Shown piece after piece: positions 1 through 13,800 of a DNA stretch of 64,000 bases. The notes below the pieces were generated by a model. The model saw nothing but the letters and a program-made list of their open reading frames with translations, was not told the DNA's origin and made no database searches. A program made the translations under genes and the position numbers. Where the stretch lies: positions 434,001 through 498,000 of the forward strand of contig NW_026782015.1 in assembly GCF_031769215.1 (NCBI RefSeq). The letters are read 5' to 3'. This stretch comes from Ylistrum balloti (lineage: Eukaryota). Within the stretch, counting starts at the first letter, position 1, and every line of letters starts with the position of its first letter.

Positions 1-580
1 GTGATAAATAAAGGTAGGGACGTATTATACGTCCCTGGTTTGACGAATCATACTGACACAGTTTGTGAAAGTGAAGTACTGTTTCTTGCTCTTGGTTTAC
101 AGTACCTTTTGTGTTTCCATATATGTTTTATTTGTCCATATCATGTGTTATTTTTTGCGTCCCCTATCGGATTTTGCAAATGTATGTTCATATTCCAGTG
201 ATTTAATTGAGAGATGCACATGGTACATGATGTAGTGTCATATGTGTTAATCAACATCCTTTTTTTCCGGGTCCTTTTCCTCCGGATATTTCCCTTTAAA
301 TTTAGATTACTCTCGATGACGTCAATCACAACAAAACCACGTGACCATTCCACATGTATGGAGTGATATCATCGCCACTTGAATCGTACTTTACTCAGAA
401 ATATGAGGTCGTGCTACAAACGATTACTATACGATATATTTACTTATGCATACATGAATGATAGTATTTACCTAAGTGTGTAAAATACGGACAGCGTGAC
501 ACATGAACAAGACACAACACGTTGTATGCACAGGAATCAACTAGTCGGCTGTCAACAGGTGCTCCCATCAGCGGTAAGGG

Positions 581-588
581 TATATATA
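581..588 (+). promoter_or_regulatory. Candidate TATA box of the TREX-like gene
   Basis: TATATATA in a GC-richer context, 46 nt upstream of the ATG at 627. Confidence 0.4.
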
Positions 589-626
589 GCAGCAGGAGTG
601 TATCTTGAAATTAACTTCTCGTCGCG

Positions 627-2697
627 ATGACCAATGTTTCCAAAGTACCTATACAGACTTTCGTCTTCTTTGACTTGGAAGCTACTGATCTGACACGGCC
701 ACGCATCACTGAACTGTGTCTACTGTCTGTCCAGCGTGAAGAGTTGCTGACTCGTGAAGGTTCTCCCAGGATCGTAAATAAGCTGACTATCTGCGTGCAT
801 CCACAAAAGCCTATCAGTTTAATAGCCAGTGACATAACAGGTATATCGCAACTGCTTAATCTATCATAACGAAATTTTAGTTCATATCAGTACTTCAGTT
901 TTACACTAGCCTCCCTTTTTAAATTTCTGCGGAAAAAGGTCTACTACTCAGTTAATCCCAAAGAAAAATGTGGAAAATTAACTTCAGTGGAGTCTAGAAT
1001 AGAGGCCAAATAAGGTTTGAATGATTTGAAATACATGTATATATATAAGTGGAACCAAGTAAATAAGTATATCTTATGTGTGCATTTGACGACCAACCTA
1101 CATAACACCGACAGAACACTGATGTATCAATTGGTGATATGTTGGTAGAATAGAAACCATTAACTAACTATAGTGGAATTTGACTGGGTCGATAATCTGC
1201 ATTCAAGTAGCTCCATTGATAGAGTGTCTGTAAAGAGCATGACGGGTCCTGGTTTTGAACCTCATTCTGGCCATGCATTTTTCCACTCATGTTACATAAC
1301 TATTTTATTATAATCAACTATAACTAACTTTGCCCAACAACACCTAACTGACTACACGAGGCAAAGATATGCAATGTAATCTCACAATTCATCGGATTCA
1401 TAAGACAATTTTTTGTATATTTCTTTATAGGAACTAATGTGACAAGATATGATTATTTTATACTGGTCTGAAACAGCATTGATCAATAACAGCCATCTGT
1501 AGCAAATATCTCTAATTAGAATAAATTCTTGTTGATTTTACTTTGTTTATATTTTTGGTATTGTTTATATTGCATATATCCACGATTGCAAAATTGTGTA
1601 TTTTGTAAAAGAAATACTTGACAGTGTTAAAATTATTCAATGTTAATTTTTCAGGTCTATACAATGACAGCCTGGAATCCCAAACTTCATTTGACAAAAA
1701 CGTTGTTGACATTATCACCCTTTTTCTGTCCAGACTACCACAGCCGGTTTGTCTGGTTGCGCATTATGGAAATGGTTTTGACTACCCACTTCTTAATGCA
1801 GAGTTGAAACGTGCCAAGTGTGAGCTTTCTTTGGAGGTGTTGTGTGTAGACAGTCTAGATGCTGTCAGGTCCATAGATACAAAAATCTTGTATGAGGAGG
1901 AACGGGCACTGATCGAAATCCAAAACCAGAATAATACAACACCTGTACGTCAGGGAATCCAGGATGTCAGTCAAAATGATTTCAGAATTTCAGAAGATCA
2001 GACAAGACCTGCCTGTACTGCCACTGTCAAACAAGACTCCATGCATGCGAAACGTAACGCTGATACAGACAGCATTGATCATGTTAGGAAAAGACTTTTC
2101 ACTGGTGCAGAGAAGAATGTCAAAGAGGCAGAAAGCATGGAAAACAAATCTTGTTTAAAGGAAGAACTATCTGCAAAAGACGCAAGTCAGGTTGTTGAAA
2201 ATTCAGAGAAAATACAAGCTGATGCTGCTGTTGTACAACAAGCATCCCCACAACAGCCCATGGCTCGAGCAGTGGAACAGAATGTTGAGTCCTTAACACT
2301 CAAGTCTGAATACAGTGCCACAGACGACATGCTAATGGCAGCTGTTGATTTTATTGAGGCAAATGAGAACCCAGATAAGACTTGTACACCTCTGAGGAAA
2401 TGTCTGAATTCTAATGGAGGTAGTAGTACTGATGTAACCCCAGTAAATTCAAGAACACAAATTTCAGATATTTTATATGGTGATCAGGGACAAACTACAC
2501 CTATTGTTTTACCCAGATTGTCATACAAACTAGAGGAGATATATTTACGCACTTTTGGTCAGAAACCTCCATTGTCTCATAATGCAGAGGATGACTGTGT
2601 GACCTTGATGAAGGTTTGTAAAAAGAGGTGTCCACAATTTATAGAGTGGGCAGACCAACACCAGGTGGCACTTTCCAGTGTGGTACCTATATTCTGA
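627..2697 (+). CDS. TREX1: Three-prime repair exonuclease (TREX1/TREX2-like, DEDDh), 2 coding exons, 418 aa
   Basis: Exon 627-840 (ends ACAG|gtatat) joins exon 1655-2697 (ttttcag|GTCTA) in phase 1, giving DITG-LYN. ExoI FVFFDLEAT, ExoII LVAHYGNGFDYPLL and ExoIII SHNAEDDCVTL match TREX motifs, as do CVDSL and SYKLEEIYLRTFG. TREX1 versus TREX2 orthology cannot be resolved. Confidence 0.92.
1200..1297 (+). mobile_element. Degenerate tRNA-derived SINE in the TREX intron
   Basis: A-box-like TAGCTCCATTGATAGAG and B-box-like GGTTTTGAACC at tRNA spacing, with a tail ending CATGTTACA. Too degenerate to be a functional tRNA. Confidence 0.55.
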
Positions 2698-2700
2698 ATA

Positions 2701-2793
2701 GTTGTCCTGTATCTGTAGATACTGAACAGTTGCCCTGTATCTGTAGATACTGAACAGTTGTCCTGTATCTGTAGATACTGAACAGTTGTCCTG
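2701..2793. repeat. 28-bp tandem repeat, about 3 copies, directly after the TREX stop codon
   Basis: Unit GTTGTCCTGTATCTGTAGATACTGAACA. Confidence 0.9.
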
Positions 2794-2996
2794 TAGACCC
2801 TGTCCTGTTCTACACAAAATGTAGAGTTATATGTAGAGATTCATGTGTCTTAGATGGAGTAGATCACATAGCATAAGATTGGAGAATGTAATATTTGTGT
2901 TAATGAATGTGACCAGTAACCCTGCAACATGTTTGCTGAAAGTTTAACTGTTAATCTTGTTAATATGATATGTTCAATGGATTTTTTTGCTTTTAC

Positions 2997-3440
2997 CTAT
3001 GGTGGCATCAAACTGCCATCGACTGGTCATCTTGCCATGATAATTCATTGCTACAAATTGTCATAGCAACACCTCATTTTAGATACCTCAGTAAGTCGCA
3101 TTACTTCATAGGGCGTTAGGGCTATAGGAAGCTTGCCCTAAATTGGCTACAGCTACTGACTGATTTCATCACTTCTTCACTGAAAATCCAAAATACAGAG
3201 GCCTCCTGAATAACACATAAATCTATTCTATTGTCCTTTTCGAGCAATCTGTTTTATTGCAACAAAACTAAAGGTTGTCATGAAACTTAAAATATCAATT
3301 TATCAAATGATCATCACACAAAGTTGACTTGATAAGACGTCTAAACATGATATTATCATAAGTGGTCTTAATGTAGCAATTTGTCACGACAAATTATCAT
3401 GGCAACATGACATGTAGATGGCAGTTACATGCCACCATAG
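2997..3440. mobile_element. MITE-like element with ~65-bp terminal inverted repeats
   Basis: Left arm CTATGGTGGCATCAAACTGCCATCGACTGGTCATCTTGCCATGATAATT. The reverse complement of 3372-3440 reads CTATGGTGGCATGTAACTGCCATCTACATGTCATGTTGCCATGATAATT. No ORF; a TA TSD is possible but not certain. Confidence 0.7.
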
Positions 3441-3614
3441 TTACCTGTTGTTATATTTATATTCTAAACTTGATTTATGCTGCATGTGATATTTCATACA
3501 TTTGTTTACAATACATTTTATATCACTTACACCATGTAATACATTGTATACCAATGATATTGTATATTACATTGTATATCAGTGACACAATGTAATATAT
3601 TGTCGATTAGTTTA

Positions 3615-4935
3615 ATAGTGTAAGAGTGTGTTAGTGTTAGAATATGCTGTGGTGAGTGCTTTAGTGTGTTAAAGAGTGTTAGAGTGTGCTGAAGAGTGTT
3701 AAAGTGTGTTGTATAGTGTTAGAGTGTGTTGTATAGTGTTAGAGTGTGTTGTATAGTGTAAGAGTGTGTTGTATAGTGTAAGAGTGTGGTGTATAGTGTA
3801 AGAGTGTGGTGTATAGTGTAAGAGTGTGTTGTATAGTGTAAGAGTGTGGTGTATAGTGTAAGAGTGTGTTGTATAGTGTAAGTGTGTATAGTGTATAGTG
3901 TAGAGTGTGTGTATATATAGTGTGTGTGTTATATAGTGTAAGAGTGTGTTGAGTGTGTGTATATAGTGTAAGAGTGTGTTGTATAGTGTTAGAGTGTGTT
4001 GTATAGTGTAAGAGTGTGTTGTATAGTGTTAGAGTATGTTGTATAGTGTTAGAGTGTGTTGTATAGTGTAAGAGTGTGTTGTATAGTGTATGTTGTATAG
4101 TGTGTGTGTTATATAGTGTAAGAGTGTGTTGTTGTATATGTGTATAGTGTAAGAGTGTGTTGTATAGTGTAGAGTGTGTTGTATAGTGTGTTGTATAGTG
4201 TTAGATGTTGTATGTTGTATAGTGTAAGAGTGTAGTATGTTGTGTGTAAGAGTGTGTTGTATATTGTAGAGTGTGAGTAAGAGTGTGTTGTATAGTAGTG
4301 TGTGTATAGTGTAAGAGTGTGTTGTATAGTGTAAGAGTGTGGTGTATAGTGTAAGAGTGTGTTGTATAGTGTAAGAGTGTGTTGTATAGTGTATAGAAGT
4401 GTGTGTTGTATAGTGTGTAGAGTGTGTTGTATAGTGTAAGAGTGTGTTGTATAGTGTAAGAGTGTGTTGTATATTATTAGAGTGTGTTGTATAGTGTAAG
4501 AGTGTGTTGTATAGTGTAAGAGTGTGGTGTATAGTGTAAGAGTGTGTTGTATAGTGTTAGAGTGTGTTATATAGTGTAAGAGTATGTTGTATAGTGTAAG
4601 AGTATGTTGTATAGTGTAAGAGTGTGTTGTATAGTGTAAGAGTGTGTTGTATAGTGTTAGAGTGTGTTGTATAGTGTAAGAGTGTGTTGTATAGTGTAAG
4701 AGTGTGTTGTATAGTGTAAGAGTGTGTTGTATAGTGTAAGAGTATGTTGTATAGTGTAAGAGTGTGTTGTATAGTGTAAGAGTGTGTTGTATAGTGTAAG
4801 AGTATGTTGTATAGTGTAAGAGTGTGTTGTATAGTGTGTAGTGTGTTGAGAGTGTGTTGTGTAAGGTGTGTGTTGTATAGTGTAAGAGTGTGTTGTATAG
4901 TGTAAGAGTGTGTTGTATAGTGTTAGAGTATGTAT
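3615..4935. repeat. 20-bp GT-rich minisatellite
   Basis: Unit GTGTAAGAGTGTGTTGTATA with variants. Confidence 0.95.
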
Positions 4936-6554
4936 GTTGAAGAGGTGTTGATCAATGTAATCAACAAAGAAAAGTTTTTGTTAAAGCTTTTTACCACCTA
5001 AAAACAAGAAAAATATTATATTCATTTATCTTTTATCAGATGTTATTTACATTTGTAGAACTTTTTATCACCTTGCAACTTAGTTTAATTATCTTTCATT
5101 CTTGTAGTAGGCTTTTTGAACATTTTCCCACATAGTTCTACATTGTATCTGTTGATGAACTTTAAGTTTTACAACTTTGTATATAAAGCATGAAATGATG
5201 TATTTAATTATGATATCATTAATTCATATTTATGGGTAGGTTTTTAATGCCTGGCATTATAGTATACATGGCTACTGATAACCGATTAGCTGTTTTTATA
5301 TGTTTTATTTTCAGATGCATCAACACAATTTTCACATTAGGATGTTTGAAGTTGTTACATTATTTTTTACAGGAAAAACTAGTTTTATACCATTGTATTA
5401 TGTATGGAGATGAATCAGGTTAATGCTCATATCTGACAACTACTGGAGATAATTTTTCATAGTATATATGGGATCTTTAATGAGTTTCCATTTCACAAGA
5501 GATTTTATGAAACAAGATTTTTTTCTTCAAACAAAAATCAAAACTTTGAGTGTCAAGTTTCATAAATCTCATATGAAATGATAACAAGATGCTTTTATCA
5601 CTTAACTCAGAAAAGTTATATTTTGATGGATTTTAAGTCAAAATGTGGAGAACAAATTCAAACAAAGCAAACATTTTGTTCGAACATTTTAAATTCATAT
5701 TACAATCAATTTCTGACTGTTGCAGTCAATGAAAAGGGTTTAAGATATATCACACTAATGACATATGTACAAATATAACCTTGGTGAATTCACTGGAAAA
5801 CAGGTGGATTATGTAATAAAGTATATTATGTATAGGGATGTTATATTATAAATAATTTATCATTATACATACTTCCTTCAGGGATTTATCAATACCAATC
5901 TAACATTACACAATTACAGCATTCCAGGTACCACAGTTTGTATTGTTGTCTAACTTCAACTTTATTTTCAAAATGAGATGAACAATTTTGAATCTTAAAC
6001 TCCAAAAGAAGGAGGAAATCTTCGGTAAAAAAATTGTTGGTATTGCGATAAGTGATATGGACACAAACTGCCAAGCATTTGAAATATAACAGTTTTATAT
6101 AATTGTACACAATATACAACAAATATGTGTTTGTACTTAGTATTTTTAAAACTGCTGTTTATTTTTATCGAATTTCTATAGATTTGTACTTTACATTCTG
6201 ATGGAACATTGGCCAGTGCCCTTGTACTTTTTAATTAGCAAATTTACATACTAGTTAATTTGATGTGAATGTGTGAGTTATTCTGATAAAATTTATGATA
6301 TTTGATATTAAGGCATAGAAATAAATTAATTGATTCTGTTCAGTCTTCATCTTTTCTGATTCATAAACCATCCAATATTTGGCAGTTGTGTTATATTATG
6401 GTTTTGTTTCATGTTTGTGTAAGCCTTGCTCCAAGATGGATTTTCCCTTGAGCACCTGTAGGGTAGGGAAACTTAAAAACCCTTGTTCAATCTTGTTTGT
6501 AGCAATCCTTCAGCCATTTTGCCAACCTGTTAAATCCCAGTTGTAAGGACAGCT

Positions 6555-7250
6555 CAAAGGTCACACTATTTGACATATACCAGTTCAAATGACAGGTTAA
6601 AGGTCATATAACCTGACAAATCCTAGCTGTTATGATAGGTTAAAGGTCATACAACCTGACAAATCCAAGCTGTAATGACAGGTTAAAGGTCATACAACCT
6701 GACAAATCTCGGCTATAACAACAGGTTAAAGGTCGTACAACCTGACAAATCGTGGCTATAACAACAGGTTAAAGGTCATACAACCTGACAAATCTTGGTT
6801 ATAACAACAGGTTAAAGGTCATACAACCTAACAAATCCTAGCTGTTATGATAGGTTAAAGGTCATACAACCTGACAAAGTTGTGATAGGTTAAAGGTCAT
6901 ACAACCTGACAAATCCCAGCTGTAAAGACAGGTTAAATAACCTGCCTTGTCCCATCTGTAATTACAGGTAAAAGTCATACAAGCTGACAAATCCCAGCTG
7001 TAAAGACAGGTTAAAGGTCATACAACCTGCCTTGTTCCAGCTGTAATCATAGTAAATGGGCATACAACCTGACAAATACTAGCTGTAATGACTGTGAAAG
7101 GTCATACAACTTGACAAGTTTCAGCTGTAATGACAGTTAAAGGTCATATAATCTTACTAATCCCAGCTCTAGTGACATGTTAAATATCATTCAGACAACT
7201 TATAACTACTTTCAGCTCCAATGACAGGTTGAAGGTCATAACAGACAACC
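6555..7250. repeat. ~43-bp minisatellite
   Basis: Unit approximately GACAGGTTAAAGGTCATACAACCTGACAAATCCCAGCTGTAAT, degenerating at the edges. Confidence 0.9.
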
Positions 7251-7436
7251 TGAAAGATCAGTTCCAGGTCATCATCATATGCAAAGGTTCAGTGATGAAA
7301 TAATGAAAGTTCAGCTTCAGTAGGCAAAATCAACATCAAAGTGTCTTGACCAAAGAGACCAGCATTTCAGAGACTGGAAGTCAACATCTTAATATAACCA
7401 GGTGATTCAGACCTCCCCAAAATGTCAGTAACTCTG

Positions 7437-7766
7437 TACAACCAGGTGATCTATAACTCCACACCATGAGGTCAGTACCTCTATAGCTCCACACCATGAG
7501 GTCAGTACCTCTATAACTCCACCCCATGAGGTCAGTACCTCTGTATCACCAGGTGTTCTATAACTCAACACCATGCGGTCAGTACCTCTATAACTCCACA
7601 CCATGCTGTCAGTACCTCTGTATCACCAGGTGTTCTATAACTCCACACCATGAGGTCAGTACCTTTATAACTCCACACCATGATGTCAGTACTTCTATAA
7701 CTCCACCCCATGATGTCAGTACCTCTGTATCACCAGGTGATCTATAACTCCACACCATGATGTCAG
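7437..7766. repeat. Composite ~29/47-bp minisatellite just 3' of the DDX31 stop codon
   Basis: Recurrent CTATAACTCCACACCATGAGGTCAGTACCT, with interspersed CTGTATCACCAGGTG. Confidence 0.85.
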
Positions 7767-7824
7767 GATTTGAAATGGTTCTAAGAGCATAAATAACATA
7801 ACTGTATTTTGTAAAAACCTAACT

Positions 7825-10800
7825 TTATTTATTCAATTTGTGTTTTTTTTTTCTTTTTAGATCCTTTTTAAACTTCGGAAGTGCGTTTGATTCAAGACCA
7901 CTGCCGAACTCTGACACAGTTCTTCTTTTGAACTTTAACCTGTAGCAATAAAAGAACTTTATTTACCCATGTGTTTAAGTGATTCCATACATTTTATCAA
8001 AACATTTTCAATGATATCCATGAACTGCAGAGAACAGTATATATCATACTAACTTCAGTTTTTGTAAAGAGTTAAGCATGAATCTTCGCTATTGTGCAGA
8101 ACATTTAAGTGGAAGGGTCCCTTTTTCTGTAAAGCTATTGAGTCCAAAAAGATCTACATAAGTGATGAGCTGTTTAGACTGTATTGACCTCTGTTTTACC
8201 AAGTAATTAAGTGTACCTTGATGTATCCTGTCGTCCCTGTTTATCATTGTGTGACTTCCCAGCTGGATGTTTGATCTTTGATGGCGACTCCCTCAAACCA
8301 AAGCTTTTAGCAAGGTGGCCCAAGTGAAGGTGCTTCACATGAAAGACGGACTTCAGCTCTGATGGGTAGGTAGCATATGCTTTCACAAACGACTGAAACC
8401 CTGGAAAAATATGAGACTTTGTTTATCTTCTTACACAACATAAAATAAGACAGGTAACAGTATAACTCCTGCAGAGAATCAATGTAATATACTGTGCTTA
8501 GGGAAGTGACAACCCACCATGAAATGTTATCAAGGTGACAACCCACAATATAATGTTATCAAGGTGACAACTCACCACATAATGTTATCAAGGTGACAAC
8601 TCACCATGTAATGTTATCAAGGCAACAACCCACAACGCAATGTTATCAATCGACAACTCATGTGACAACCCACCACGTAATGTTATCAATTGACAACTCA
8701 CGTGACAACCCACCACGTAATGTTATCAAGGTGACAACACACCACATAATGTTATCAAGGTGACAACCCACCATGAAATGTTATCAAGGTGACAACCCAC
8801 CATGTAATGTTATCAAGGTGACAACCCACCATGAAATGTTATCAAGGTGACAACCCACCATGTAATGTTATCAAGGTGACAACCCACCATGAAATGTTAT
8901 CAAGGTGACAACCCACCATGTAATGTTATCAAGGTGACAACTCACCACATAATGTTATCAAGGTGACAACCCACCACATAATGTTATCAAGGTGACAACT
9001 CACCACGTAATGTTATCATGGTGACAACTCACCACGTAATGTTATCAAGGTGACAACTCACCACGTTATGTTATCAAGGTGACAACTCACCACATAATGT
9101 TATCAAGGTGACAACTCACCACGTAATGTTATCAAGGTGACAACTCATCACTTAATGTTATCATGGTGACAACTCACCACGTAATGTTATCAAGGTGACA
9201 ACTCACCACGTAATGTTACCAAGGTGACAAATCACCACGTAATGTTACCAAGGCAACAACTCACCACATAATGTTACCAAGGTGACAACTCACCATGTAA
9301 TGTTACCAAGATGACAGCTCACCATGTAATGTTACCAAGGTGACAACTCACCATGTAATATTATCAAGGTGACAACTCACCATGTAATGCTATCAAGGTG
9401 ACAACTCACTACATAATGCTATCAAGGTGACAACTCACCGTGTAATGTTATCAAGGTGACAACTCGCCATGTAATGTTATCAAGGTGACAACTCACCACA
9501 TAATGCTATCAAGGTGACAACTCACCGTGTAATGTTATCAAGGCAACAACTCACCGTGTAATGTTATCAAGGTGACAACTCGCCATGTAATGTTATCAAG
9601 GTGACAACTCACCACATAATGCTATCAAGGTGACAACTCACCATGTAATGTTATCAAGGCAACAACTCACTGTGTAATGTTATCAAGGTGACAACTCACC
9701 ATGAAATATTATCAATGTGACAACTCACCATGTAATGTTATCAAGGCAACAACTCACTGTGTAATGTTATCAAGGTGACAACTCACCATGTAATGTTACC
9801 AAGGTGACAACTCACCATGTAATATTATCAAGGTGACAACTCGCCATGTAATGCTATCAAGGTGACAACTCACCACATAATGCTATCAAGGTGACAACTC
9901 ACCGTGTAATGTTATCAAAGTGACAACTCGCCATGTAATGTTATCAAGGTGACAACTCACCACATAATGCTATCAAGGTGACAACTCACCGTGTAATGTT
10001 ATCAAGGCAACAACTCACCATGTAATGTTATCAAGGTGACAACTCGCCATGTAATGTTATCAAGGTGACAACTCACCACATAATGCTATCAAGGTGACAA
10101 CTCACCGTGTAATGTTATCAAGGCAACAACTCACCATGTAATGTTATCAAGGCAACAACTCACCACATAATGTTATCAAGGTGACAACTCACCATGTAAT
10201 GTTATCAAGGTGACAACTCACCATGTAATGTTATCAAGGCAACAACTCACCGTGTAATGTTATCAATCGACAACCCACCATGTAATGTTATTGATTTGAC
10301 TAGGGAATGTGTTACCAGCTAAAGCGATCTATTACCTGGTATATAGAGCCAGGAATTCAACACAATAGTAATACCTTTTACGGCCAAATCTGTCATTTTA
10401 GTGTTGTCATTGATGTAGTCTTCCACGCACATCTGAAAATATGTTGCTGCTTCCTCACCAGTTCTTGGCAGCTCCCTCTAGTGGAGAAATAAACAGAAAA
10501 GGTCAAGGGAGATAACATGTCAGGCGACTCCAGTAATAATGTAATATAACAATTATATGATTTCTGTGTAACTCATGCATTTTGACCCAATGAAACATAA
10601 CATGCTTTTAAGTGTTTTCTGAATGTAACTGCAAGCAATATAATCTCAAATGACCCGGTAAATCTAACAGGTTTTATGGAAGATTTGCTAGCAAGCATCT
10701 TGCAATTACATCGCCTACTTTTTCATTAATGAAATACTCTATTATAAATAATAAGAGTACAATATAATTAAGTGAAGTCCGAGTTATTTTGAGCGGAAAA

Positions 10801-13800
10801 CCTATCTTATACAAGGGAGTAAATCTGTAACTGAAACAGCCCAAACATCAAATGGCTACCAAGAGTGTTGTGATGTCACAATACAGAAGGACTATTTGCA
10901 ATTATAGTGTCATAATTACAATAGCAGTCTAGTAATGTGACTGTGGTGAATAAGTGTAAATGTGATTAAATGATGCTACACAATCATGGTGTCGTAATTA
11001 CATCAGCTATTGTAGTCTCATAATTACAACTGCTGTCTGGTAAAGTGACAGTGGTGAGTAAGGTAATTAAATTCTGGTAATACAATGGAGACAATAGATG
11101 CAGACTTCATTACTATGTGTTTTGCAATATTTTCAAATTCTTATCAAGTGATAAGAGAGAACAAAAATTTGCTCTACATTTTGGCTTGTGAGAGACAAGT
11201 GCACTACTGACCTGGTCATTAATGTCTTGAAGGTCTGTCACCACACCAAGTAAACTTTCCAGCAACCTGTTCATCTGTAGCTCCACTAGGCTAGATAAAC
11301 CAGAATAATATTTAGAAAAATATCTGTTTTAACACATCTGGACAGCATCTTTTAGCGACAGTGAACTTTCATCTTTTACAATAAGTAACCTTTACATAAA
11401 ATATACATAGTCAACTCAACAATGCTTCTGGATTCCTACATGTACCAGTATGTGACATGGGTTGATAATTTTTCTGAATTCCCTCACGTAACCCAAGACA
11501 TTAATATGCATAATTTCATGCATGTGTATTTATTAGACTGGATCAGTGTGAACAACATACTTCAATGGCCATCATGTAAAATGTCCACAATTCCTTGCAA
11601 ACCCTGTATTAGATAAAACATATTTCACAAGGTATTCCTTGTAAGTAGGATGATTACCTAATCTTGTCTTTGTTGAGACGAGGCACATATTCTACTTCTG
11701 AGGGCATGAGGAACAGCAATGAGTGTCCTTGCTTCCCTGCGCGGGCTGTACGGCCAATTCTGTGAATATAGTCACTCGTTGACCCTGGTGGTGAATATTG
11801 CACAATCCATCGCACATTTGGCAGATCAAGACCGCGACAGGCCACATCCTACAAAGGAACCAATAAACTCTGTCTCACAGCTAGCAATGGCCAGTGTAAC
11901 TGTAGAAATCTGATACTAATTGACATTTTCTTACTTCAGTGTTTGAAAATGAATTTTTTGTATGGTTTCCCGTTATTCAAATGAAAACTCTTTTGTCTAC
12001 ATGAGAATATGGTTAGATTTAGTGGATTTTAAAATTAGAAAGTAACGTTTTGTAGAAGAAAATTTGACTGCTGACCACAAAGATATTTTTACAAAGCCTT
12101 ACCTAAAAATCTTAATTGTTCCTATCAATGAAAATGAATGGATGCTAAGAATTGATGTCCTCTGAGAGCTATGTGCTTTCAGTCATACAAACATACAAGT
12201 CTTACATACAAGAGGCCTATCACATGCCCTTCACAGCAATAAGGATAAAGAATCTTGCTTAAGGACACACCCATGACAGCACAGACCATTTCTCAGCTTC
12301 CAGAGAAACACCAACCACTGTGGGTAGGGAGCGTCAAACCACACACATCGGATCTTCACCTGAGGTTATGTAGGTCAATGCTCTTATTATTGACCGAGCT
12401 ATCGCAGCCCCCTAGGTCTATGTATAGATTATGTACAGAAACTAAGATACTTTAGTTTATTACTTACCGTACAAAATAAAATTCCAAAATTTGCTTTTGA
12501 AAATTTCTGGTAGACACTTGCTCGATCCTAGGAAGTAAAAAAGGATACACAATATAAGTAAATCCTACTGGACATCATTAAAAATATGTATTATCCTTTC
12601 TCATGCCTGTTCTGAAACACTGCTTAGTGACAACTTTTATATAATTACTGGGTTACCTGGCTTACATCTGTATCCCTTGTGCAAATCATATAAACTTTAC
12701 TTCTAATGTACCAGGTATGTCTTTTAATGTACCAGGTATGTAACTTGCAAATTGGAAATTTTCAATGATATCAGGATAAATTAATTCACAGCATAAGACT
12801 TAAGTACAAAGAGATGAAAACTGATAATGAATGTGATTATGAAATTACAAACCTTCTGTGCCATTTCTCCATGCAGTCTGAAAAAATCTAGGTAATTACT
12901 TTCCTTCTTCTTAGGTCCTAGGTCAAGGTCACCAAGAACATCAGGTACAGAGTTACCTCCCCCCCAAAAATGATGAAAGATGGTGTAGTGGAACTCGACT
13001 GAATCTTGGGTAGGGAGGAAAACAAGCATCTTCCCTGTCTTCTGTTTCACCTAGCAACAACAAGATACAGATAAAGCTCAACACAGAAAAGTCAGTTATG
13101 AATAGACACATAATGAAGCATATTCTATAGGAATTGACAAGTCATCTAACAATAGTGCATGTGTTGTCAGTACAAGTTTACAATAGTGCATGTGTTGTCA
13201 GTACAAGTTTACAATAGTGCATGTGTTGTCAGTACAAGTTTACAATAGTGCATGTGTTGTCAGTACAAGTTTACAAAGAGTGATACTTACTTCTGTATTA
13301 CATATGCTGACAATATCTCAGTTTCGAATAATGATCCTTAACCTCAACATCTGTACAACAAATTCTGCCAATGTGACCAGTCTCAGTTTACAGAGGGTGA
13401 CACTTACCCTCAACATCTGTACGACAAATTCTGCCAATGTGACCAGCCTCTTTACAGAGGGTGACACTTACCCTCAACATCTGTACGACAAATTCTGCCA
13501 ATGTGACCAGCCTCTTTACAGAGGGTGACACTTACCCTCAACATCTGTACGACAAATTCTGCCAATGTGACCAGTCTCTTCACAGAGGGTGACACTTATC
13601 CTCAACATCTGTACGACAAATTCTGCCAATGTGACCAGTCTCTTTACAGAGGGTGACACTTACCCTCAACATCTGTACGACAAATTCTGCCAATGTGACC
13701 AGTCTCTTTACAGAGGGTGACACTTACCCTCCACATCTGTACGACAAATTCTGTCAATGTGACCAGTCTCTTTACAGAGGGTGACACTTATCCTCAACAT

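Noticed and set aside
8505-10290. 29-bp array as junction-derived
   Set aside because: No similarity to either flanking exon by eye. It is a counter-example showing that not all arrays follow the pattern.
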